Shown one piece after another: positions 36,074-45,224 of a stretch of DNA of 45,224 nucleotides; position 1 is the stretch's first letter; each line of letters starts with the position of its first letter. The translations under genes were made by a program, and so were the position numbers. The notes under the pieces were generated by a model, which was not told the origin of the DNA, searched no databases, and saw nothing but the letters and a program-made list of their open reading frames with translations. The stretch comes from Octopus bimaculoides (taxonomy: Eukaryota), in assembly GCF_001194135.2 (NCBI RefSeq), contig NC_068998.1, positions 3,440,267 to 3,485,490 on the forward strand. Reading direction: 5' to 3'.

Positions 36074-37260
36074 ATGTTTCTGGAAGAAATTCAAAGAACT
36101 CTCCAAGAGCGCCACTTGCAATCTAGATCTCATAAACAGTTTGTCTTGGATAAACTAGATGTCTCCATATTCTTAGCATGGATTCTTCAACAATATGACT
36201 TCAGTGAATTAAAATTTGCATCTGACAAAAACTATAGAGATTTGTCGGGGTTATCCAATCGGCTGTGTCAGCTGAGTTTGGTGTATGGTGGGAATCTGGT
36301 AACATCCATCAATAAATTTAGTATGCAACGGTTATTTGGTTCTCCGTCTGTTTGTTGCCGCCATCATAAGTTCTCTTGCCTACCGCAAATTGCTGATATT
36401 TCTGATATGTGCCACATGGTGGAATTGAAGAACTCTGTGGCAGAGATTAATAACAACAACAACAACAACACAACCAACAACTACAATACTAATAATAATT
36501 ATAACAACAATAACAATGATAACAACAACATTAACAACAATAATAATAATAATACATTTGTTAGAGAGACTAAGTCATTTTCAGCATTTACACAGATCCC
36601 TTGTGAACGGAACGGTTCACAGAAAATCTGGCTGATGAATGAAAATCAATTGTGTTTTGACAAATGTTCAAATGCGAACAGAAACCATCAACTCTGCTCA
36701 TCTGTCAGTTGTTTAAATAAAACGGATATTGATCAGAAAACACTTTCTGATGATTCACCAGACAATCTGACTGACCTCAAGAAATGTACTTGCCCTCATA
36801 GTCCGTCTCTGCCTCTCACTCCTCAGCCGAGAAGACTCAGTCAAAATGCTAATCAAACTGAATTCGAAGAATGTTCTAATTATTATTATTATTATTATTA
36901 TTATTATACTGTGCCTCCTTTTGCAGAAACAATTTCTGTCGAAACTGGTGAAACATTTGCAGTCCATTCAAAGACTTTGATGAGCGACAGTTTGTCATCA
37001 GCTTCACTGTGTCACCATAACAACCAGCCAGTTCAGAATGAAAGGGATGCACAAATACATCACAGCCGTTCCGTATTTCCTGATGTTCGTTCTACATCTG
37101 CAGATCTTCACCGTTCATTCAGCTCCTCTTGTTCATTACATGTCTGGGAAGAAAGACTGGATGAAGAATGTAATCTCTACATGCTAGATCAGATACAGCC
37201 ACAACTTCAGAGAAATTTAGAAAATCCTATTGCGAAACTATTATCCACTGGAGATGATAT
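36074..37260 (+). CDS. Large coding exon of an uncharacterised protein (396 codons to the splice donor; the ORF reads on to 37333 if unspliced)
   Basis: By far the longest gap-free ORF (419 aa). ATG has A at -3 and an in-frame TAA lies upstream at 36050-36052. There is a polypyrimidine/CAG acceptor at 35931-35933 and a canonical ATG|GTAAGT phase-0 donor at 37260/37261. Triplet repeats inside it keep the frame. No family recognised. Confidence 0.7.
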
Positions 37261-37679
37261 GGTAAGTATTATTATTAGAATTCTATTTGGCAGTGTTCCT
37301 GTCTTGTTTTTGCCCATCCTCATCGGAAGATAATTCTAATTTTGAGTTATTTCCCTTGGTGCTGTATCCTAAACAATGTTACCCAATCAATACAATATGT
37401 TGGAAATATACTTTGCCACTGTTGGAATTTGTAATCAATAGGTAACCTATCATTATTAGAAATAATATCTATTTATTGTAGATATGAAACATCCATCTCT
37501 ATCCCCTCTGTACCTCATATTCCCCACCATGTACCTTATATATTCCCTACCACTGTACCATGTAGCTGTGTCCCCATGCATCCCCAACACCATATCTCTC
37601 TCTCTCTCTCGGTGTAACCAAGTGTCTCCTCTACAATAAAACCCTTATTTCTATCCCTTTCTATACACTTTCACCTCTC

Positions 37680-37935
37680 AACCGGCTCAAAGCTACCTTT
37701 CGCGGTACCACTCCCTCTCTCAGCCAAAGGGTCTTTGTCTTGCAAGCTACTTGGTAACCTCACCAGTGCTGGTGCCACATAAAAAGCACCCAGTACACAC
37801 TGTAAAATGGCTGACATTAGGAACGGCATCCAGCCATAGAAACCCTGCCAAAGCAAACAAAAGAGCTTTACACTCTCCTCTCACTCACCAGCTCCTGTGG
37901 AACCATCCAACCGATTCCAGCATGGAAGACAGATG
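37680..37935 (+). mobile_element. Family C, longer form
   Basis: GGGTCTTTGTCTTGCAAG..GGCATCCAGCCATAGAAAC..CCAGCATGGAAGAC. Confidence 0.75.
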
Positions 37936-38077
37936 ATAGAATTTGGTTCTATTTAATTTTGATAATTTATCCTAAAGATTCATACTGTTTTGCAATTTTG
38001 TATAAACACCATGGAATATGAATAAGGTAAAATAATGGTTGTTATTACATCGGTACTGAATGGCTCCTTTCAGTTCA

Positions 38078-38180
38078 CCTTCCAGAATTTCTGGCATCCA
38101 CTGCAGCATGTTACTGTCAGTGATTGATTCACCAATATCTTGGTTAGTGATTCCACTTCCTCAAGATATTCAAATCTGTC
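38078..38180 (-). mobile_element. Short RTE-like remnant
   Basis: DRFEYL/GSGITNQDIGESIT/SGCQKFW across frameshifts, resembling the FxYLGS..ESxTAR..GWxKF segment of RTE ORF2. Confidence 0.45.
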
Positions 38181-38419
38181 TGAACTTGGCCCTCCCCCCA
38201 CTAAATCTAATCCTCAGCAAGATGGGAACAGAATGAAAGTTGATGAGAATGGTCGGATGCAATGAAAGCTGCAATAGTTTAGCCATGTCATCAGGCACCC
38301 TAGACCTCAAGGGTTAAGTGAACAAAAGATGGGGTTGCAGCTGATGATGATAAACTTGGTTTTATGACTTCAAGGATCAGATGAGGACCCTGGCACAGTG
38401 CACGGCTACAGTATGTGGT

Positions 38420-38530
38420 AAAGAGCAGAGATTGTGTCTGAGGGCCCCTCATTCTCTCTGCAATAGTGGTGGACGTATTCATTTGATCATTTAAAATTGA
38501 TGCACCTATATAATGATGCCTGATATTATT
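38420..38530 (+). mobile_element. Possible decayed reverse-transcriptase fragment
   Basis: GPLILSAIVVDVF..DAP..MMPD is loosely similar to SPLLFxIVMD..P..M[LM][FY]ADD. It has stops and a frameshift. Confidence 0.25.
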
Positions 38531-38539
38531 AAGAAGCCC

Positions 38540-38787
38540 ATCATGCATGTATGTATGTTTGTGTGTTTTTGTGTCTGTCTGTCTGTCCCCCACCACTGCT
38601 TGACAACAGGTGTTGGTATGTTTATGTCCCTGTAACTTAACAGTTCAGCAAAGAGGACCAATGGAATAAGTAGCAGGCTTTAAAAACAAAGTGCTGGGTG
38701 GGGTAGGGGTCGATTCATTCAGCTAAAACTTCTCCAACTTGGTGCCTCGTATGGCTGCAGCATAATGACTGAAACAAGAAAATGATA
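38540..38787 (+). mobile_element. SINE family A 3' half
   Basis: CTTGACAAC..GTCCCTGTAACTTAAC..ATGACTGAAACAAG. Confidence 0.8.
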
Positions 38788-38878
38788 AACCTATGTGTTA
38801 ACATGGATTGGGGAAGTTATTTATTTTTCTTTATATCTTTATCAATGATTCTAAGAATTCCTCTCTTTCTATCTTCAG

Positions 38879-38914
38879 CATTTCATACCAATCGGAGAGG
38901 AGTTAATGTTGAAA
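38879..38914 (+). CDS. Candidate 36-nt exon (HFIPIGEELMLK) following the large exon
   Basis: Acceptor ctctctttctatcttcag| and donor AAA|GTGAGG. Phase 0 is compatible with the 37260 donor. Read-through would end KVRSS*. Confidence 0.3.
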
Positions 38915-39862
38915 GTGAGGTCTTCATAGAGAATTTTACCAACCAAATCCTAAACCTACCTACAGCAGATGTCTGAAACCTGCCATTAATTTCGGTGGTT
39001 CCGGGAAGATATTTAAAAGCTGCCTGCACAAATCTTATTTGTATGCAAAAAAACAGAAAACATAAGACAAAAAAATATCAGAACCTGCAGAAATTCTATA
39101 GGTGATTTTATTTACTACAATATTGCAATATGTAAGCAGTTTGGGTTTTTTTTTTTTAAACTTTCAGCTGCATATATATCTTCATCTTTATACATTTCTG
39201 CCTTTTATCAGAAACAGCGTTGCCATGATGCTCATCTCATCTGTTCAAGTTGTTCATTTTAGTTCTAATTAAAGGCGGACACAATCTCTATTTTTTAATT
39301 GTTTCAACTTTTAATCAGTCTGTTCCAGTTGTTTTGACAGACTGATTATTTTTCTAAGTCCAATCAACTTAAGAATTTTTGCTCATTATTGATAAACCAA
39401 AGCATTCTATCATAGCATGTAGAACATTTGGAACTATTTAACCTTTGTCGGTTATGTCTTCTATTTGTCTCTTGTCAGTGTAATATCTTACTTATTCATA
39501 TATACATACTAACATACACGTGTGTGTATATATGTATATATATATAACAAAAATATATACTTACTGTCATGCACATGTATGTATAAAATCTCTTTTGTAT
39601 GTAATTCAATAGATGTTTTTGAAAATGTTATAATTCCATTTTACAGTTAATTAGTTAATTATTAAACAATGCTCAAAAACTTTAATTATTTAGACCAATA
39701 TTTAATAGTCAGAGCATTTCTTCCTAGAATTGCATCCATTTTTAATGGTGTTTATTCTTTTGTTGTTGTTGTTTTTTTTTCTCTAATGAAATTCTTTTTT
39801 GAGTTTCCATTTGTGACTTTTATTTCCTCATATAGAGAGGAGAACAGTTTATAATCAATCAA

Positions 39863-40521
39863 TCAATCAATCAATCAATTATATTTGTCAATCCTCATTA
39901 ATCTCCTTTGCGGTGTTCGCGTTTTGACTTTGATAAGAAAACCTAACTCGACAGTCATTTTTTTTTTTTTAACAATTAACATCTCATTAATTACATTCAA
40001 TTTCTTTTTTTTTTCTGCAGATTACAAAAAAAAAAAAAGGGATAAATTTGCACTTAACTATTTCTTAATTGTAAAATTGTACATTTTGTAAATATGTTTA
40101 TAAAATTTCTAATTGTTAAATGAGCTGTTGGTTATAAAAAAAGAAAACAAAAAAAAATTTTCTCATATTTCAAATTTAACAAAATACATCGCGGTTTTTC
40201 GTTAGACCCTTATGTATTGCTTTTAATTAGCGGACAAAAAAATTCTTTTNNNNNNNNNNNNNNNNNNNNNNNNNNNNNNNNNNNNNNNNNNNNNNNNNNN
40301 NNNNNNNNNNNNNNNNNNNNNNNNNNNNNNNNNNNNNNNNNNNNNNNNNNNNNNNNNNNNNNNNNNNNNNNNNNNNNNNNNNNNNNNNNNNNNNNNNNNN
40401 NNNNNNNNNNNNNNTCAATCAATCAATCAATTATATTTGTCAATCCTCATTAATCTCCTTTGCGGTGTTCGCGTTTTGACTTTGATAAGAAAACCTAACT
40501 CGACAGTCATTTTTTTTTTTT
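39863..40521 (+). repeat. Near-identical direct repeat of about 107 bp (39863-39969 and 40415-40521) either side of a gap
   Basis: Identical from (TCAA)n to the poly-T, then divergent. Confidence 0.9.
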
Positions 40522-40632
40522 CAAATTAGAAATAAATGCCAATTGTTTTTTGTTTTTTTTAATTATTAAATCTGTATAATTCTCAGTGAGGCAGCATTCT
40601 ATTATTAATATAATCATCATCATCGTTATTTG

Positions 40633-41310
40633 GAAGGTGGTGAACTGGCAGAATCGTTAGAGCATCAGACAAAATGCATTGCTGCATTTGTTCCAGCTCA
40701 TTACGTTCCGAGTTCAAATACCACTGAGGTTGACTTTGCCTTTCATCCTTTCAGGGTTGATAAATAAAGTACCAGTTGAACACTGGGGTCACTGGTATCA
40801 ACTAACCCCCAACCCACCCCATAAAATTGCTGGCCTTGTGCCAGAATTTGAAACCGTTGTTGTTGTGGTGGGATGGCAGAATCGGTAGAGGGTCAGACAA
40901 TGCTTCTTTTACTTTCTGAGTTCAAATCCCACCAAGGCAAACTTTACCTTTTGTCCCTCTGAGGAGGATGATACTAAGGGTCAGTGTAATCAGCTGACTC
41001 CCACCCCATTTGCCCCCTAAAAATTGCTGGCTTTGTGCCTAAACTACAGAATCACTGTTATTAGGTGGCAAGTTAATGCATCAGACAAAAGTCTTTGTGG
41101 TAATTCTTCTGACTCATTACATTTTGAGTTCAAATCCCGCCACGGTCAACTTTGCCTTTCATCCTTTCGAGGTCGATAAAATAAAGTACCAGTAAAGTAC
41201 TGGAGTCAGTGGCATCGACTGACTCCTCTTCTTCCTCCTCGTCCACCCCCAATTCCCTCTCCCCTTAAATTGCTGGCCTTGTGCCTAAATCAGAAACCAG
41301 TTTTATTATG
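40633..41310 (+). mobile_element. Chain of three family B SINEs
   Basis: Units start at about 40633, 40868 and 41063, each ending AAATTGCTGGC(C/T)TTGTGCC..GAA. Confidence 0.85.
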
Positions 41311-42163
41311 CAGCCAAATAGGTTTTTCAAAGATATCTGTGATTTTCAAGTCTTTCAAACTATTCAGTGTTTTGTCAGCTTTTAAGGTTTTATCTTTGTA
41401 TGTTTACGGATGAATAACTTTTCACCGTACCCAGAGCATGGCTATTATATATAAAGACAGCTACCCATTTGTAGGGGTGGCCATTAGTAAACTTTAAAAC
41501 TTTCATTGCTGCTGGTCAGCAGTTGTACATTTTGAAATCTTTTATTTTGTTGAAACAAACGGACACTAGCCAGTATTTATTATACATGTTTTAGACAGTG
41601 AGTATATATTTGATTAAATAGACTCCAAACAGGCTGGTGAGACTTATATCGTTTAGTAAAAATCAATAAAAAGGGTGTAGTGGACTTGGCCTGTGGTCAG
41701 CATCAGTTGCAGCCAGTTTTTTTTTCTAACTTAGAGGATGTAAAACTGCTGTCTCTCCTTAATTTCTCTCCGGTCAGCTTTTTCCCTTGAAGGACTCTAT
41801 CCGAAACATTGGATCTTTCCACTCCCCACGGCAAGTGTATTGTAATCTTTTTATCGACTTTTAAAAGTGGATCAATTTATTCCGTAGAAAAACAAAGAAA
41901 CTTTGCTTTCGACACAAATTAAAGAATGTTATTACAACACATTATTAATGAAATACTGCAACTATATTACAGGCTGTCTCTGATAATTCCTCAATCGATC
42001 AGACATCAACTGATGTCATCAGTAACAAACACCAGTCCTAGACTTAACATTTTGCCTACCATGGCCATCACCAGTGACTCCTATGTTACAGAATAAATAT
42101 AATTTTTGTTCCCTTTTTTAAGTGTATCTCTGTAGAGATACATACAGAGTATCTCTTCAGATT

Positions 42164-42257
42164 TTCTACAGAATTCAAAGCCAGCACTGAAGGTTACACT
42201 GTTTCGTATACGAATACGTCTATGCAACCTTCAGTGCTTGCTCTAAATTCTATAGAA
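42164..42257. ncRNA. 94-nt long-stem hairpin (pre-miRNA-like, foldback or dsRNA substrate)
   Basis: A 13-bp perfect core AGCACTGAAGGTT/AACCTTCAGTGCT, an 11/12 basal stem, and a TTCGTATACGAA apex. Confidence 0.4.
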
Positions 42258-45139
42258 TAACTTTGAATCACACAGCTCCCCACAAAAGCAGGACACCATA
42301 TTGACTTGTAAACCTTTTATTGTACCTAGTAGTATATTATGGTTGACTAAACAGAATACGGTGTCCCTTGCAGCAATTAAGTATTTGTTCCATACCACAG
42401 AAGCCATGTGGTAGTTTATATAGTAAATTTGGACATATATATATATATATACATACAGGATGTCCCCCCCCCCNNNNNNNNNNCGCAAAAGAAAAATTGA
42501 CATCATTTGAAATGTGGAAATCTAAGTAACTACATGTCATTCCAACATCACCTTATCATTGACATGTTTTTGTGCATTTTGTTGAAATTTGAGATCATTT
42601 GAGCAAGAATTGGCTCTGATATTAGACTCTGAAATGATGTCACTTTTGTGGCGGGAGGGGGACACCCTGTACAGTTAAAAAAAAATTTTTTTAACAAAAT
42701 TAGACCACTGGTGCAAAAAGAAATATAGCAGAAAATTGGTTTGGTAGGCAAAGTGTTAAAATATCAGACCTAGTTCAGCGTTTAAGAGCAGGAAGAAGCT
42801 GGCAGTCATTGTATAAGTAAGCCTAGCAAGTGATTCAGACCAGGTCTGCTTTTTGGCCAGTCATCTATTTATTGAAAATGTGAGAGGGCATCAGTTTATA
42901 TTTAATGGATCTCTATAAATGTTTATGGACAGTAAGTTATATCAATTATTACTGTACAGCTGCTATGTAGCTTCATAGCAATTTTATTTTCATCACTGCC
43001 AAATTATATTCTATATTTGTTTTTTGGTTTTATTTTCTTGGAAATTATTAATTACCTTTATATTTGGACTTCATTGTAACATAGCAATATATATATATAT
43101 ACACACATAACAGATATTCTGAGAACAAAACTGTTTAAACATTTTTTAATTTCTTTTCTATATATTTTCAAATTTTATGTTAATATTTCTTCATGTGTTG
43201 AGNNNNNNNNNNATTTTTTTTTTTTTTTTTTTATTTCTTTCTATGGAAAAACCCATTTCTTTCTTTTGCCATGTTACATAATATAACATTTTCGCATGAT
43301 AATGTGTTTTACATATGTTTTATTTTTTAATGATTTCACAAATTATAAATTGTTTGACTTGCTATTATTAAGTTGTAAGACAAATGTTTCTTAAATTGTA
43401 TTCTTTTGAACAAATTCGTTTTATTTTATTTTTGTTTCCCTTCCTCCCCCACCTCTGTAAAAAAAAAAGGGTAAAATTCTCTTTATTTTGAAGTAAGAAC
43501 ATCCTCTACACAAATGGTTTATTTGAAAATGCCTAACCCTTTCTTTTGTTGCCATATTTCTGTTGTTGAAATACACTATCTTTTCGTTTCAATTAATTTC
43601 AAACATAAGGAAGAATTTAGTGAAATAATGTTATTATTATTATTATTGTTAGTAGTAGTAGTAGTAGTAAGCAACTGTTTGGAGCATAAATTAAAGAGAA
43701 ATATTTGGGTAGAAGGTTTTTAATCTAAAGTTAAAACAAGCTTTGTATCATAGAACCAAGAGCAGTCTCATGTGGTTTAATATGAAAAGGGTTTATAAGA
43801 TTGGAAATTCAGTAAAGAATCTTATCTTTGAAGATAATTTAAAGATCACTTCACAGAATTATCTTGGTTTCATTATTTTTACAACCATTCCTTATTTTAT
43901 TTGTATTTCTATAGACACAGGTTATGTTTTGGTTCTAAAGTTTTTTTGGACTAGACAATATCACAATTTTAGTCTTATAATAATAATAATAATTTCATTA
44001 TTTATCAATATTGAAAAATAACTTAAACTAATATAGTATGAGTCTAGCAATATGCCTACAGTATGAGTAATAGATTAGGTTGTATACAGGGCCTTTGATA
44101 GTGGGGTTCAGCTAGCATACTGGCCTGGAGGTCCAAGGAGTGACCCCATGAGTTTTCACATATGGAGAGATCGTCTTCCCTTCTTAGGTGGAGCCTGAAA
44201 GCAACCTCGTTCCACTTTGCAAATATCTTTCTCTTGGAGGCCCTGATTGTCTGACTTACAATTATTGAGTCAGTTTGGACATGAGCACATGTTTCTGTCT
44301 TAGTACCACACACACACACACCATATACTAACCAACACACATTTCTATGTTAATTGATCTAAGAGAAAAAAAAATAGATATGAAGGTGTCCTGTTTTTAT
44401 ATAATAATAATTAGTATCTTATTAAATTCTACCATTTAAAACATATTAACAGCCGGCCATCCAGCTCTCTTTCTTTGTTTAACCATTATATATTTAGAAG
44501 TGTTGACAGGAAAATGAAACCAAGGAAAACGTGATGGTTTACCTTGAGTAGAATCCGAACAAGTGGTCTGCTGTTTGTCATCATAGAAAATGTCACATTT
44601 TTCTTTTTCTTCTTTCAAGTTGTCATTTCCACGTATTGTCATTTGGTGTTCAGTTTTACCAAACTGGCATGTAGCGATGTATTATGAGTCCCCTCCACCC
44701 ACCCACAACATCTCGTCAGGGTCTGCATCATTTTGCACACAGAGGACCTGGCTAACTTTGTTGTGGTATTTACTCTCTGACTTATAGTTTGGATTAGTTG
44801 CATTTTATTGCAGCACCAACCTCAGAAATTCTCTGTTAATTAAAAAAAAAAATCCCTTCTACTTTATATCAGTTATTGTCCCTTTCTAAAAAGGGTAGTT
44901 TGTGAAGACCATATCTCCTTCATATGTTCCATTTTTGCTGGGGTTTCTATATTATTGAATAACCCTTCCTATTACTGACCATTTTATGAGGCTGCAGACA
45001 GCATTATAGAAATGCTGTCCGCAACAACAACTAAATAGTTTTTTTCTACTCGGTAATTAGTTCACTTCTAGTTAATGTTCTTTAATAAAGTCTTTTAAAA
45101 AATCAGCATTTGTTTGAATGCAGAGACAATGTTGAGCAT

Positions 45140-45224
45140 AAGGCTGTGAGCTGGCAGAAACGTTAGCATGCCGGGTAAAATGTTTATTTCGTCTGTCTTT
45201 ACGTTCTGAGTTCAAATTTTGCCT
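45140..45224 (+). mobile_element. SINE family B head, running off the window
   Basis: GAGCTGGCAGAAACGTTAGC..GTTCTGAGTTCAAAT with CpGs retained. Confidence 0.85.

Noticed and set aside
37240-37270. LLSTGDDMVSI resembles a PDE9 N-terminal segment as I recall it
   Set aside because: The similarity is very short, crosses a strong splice donor and does not extend on either side. No gene symbol assigned.
39312-39348. 12-bp stem hairpin (also a 10-bp stem at 9176-9201)
   Set aside because: Too short for a pre-miRNA. Rho-independent terminators are irrelevant in a eukaryotic context.
40633-41310. Regularly recurring motifs as a CRISPR array, or A/B boxes as tRNA genes
   Set aside because: Units are about 200-bp divergent SINEs with no cloverleaf and no constant repeat-spacer period.
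41516-41528. TCAGCAGTTGTAC, matching my recollection of the 5' part of miR-1992
   Set aside because: The match stops after 13 nt and there is no complementary arm upstream.
44050-44330. GC-richer segment as a LINE fragment
   Set aside because: No diagnostic RT or endonuclease motif found in any frame by eye.

Overview
AT-rich eukaryotic scaffold with 8 N-gaps, dense microsatellites and many short interspersed repeats. The repeat landscape matches what I recall of Octopus genomes; this is inferred from memory, not from a search. About 1.2 kb is convincingly protein-coding: a + strand exon at 36074-37260 with a GTAAGT donor, poly-Asn and poly-Tyr tracts, and no homologue I recognise. The rest looks intronic or intergenic. 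It holds three SINE-like families (often chained head-to-tail), piggyBac-, hAT- and Tc1-like MITEs, and RTE-clade LINE remnants. The most interesting signals are four degenerate minimal hammerhead-ribozyme motifs of the Penelope/retrozyme type, in two families, between 2 and 13 kb, and a 94-nt long-stem hairpin at 42164-42257 (miRNA precursor or ADAR substrate candidate). I found no CRISPR array, rRNA or intact tRNA gene. All alignments were done by eye and repeat boundaries are approximate.
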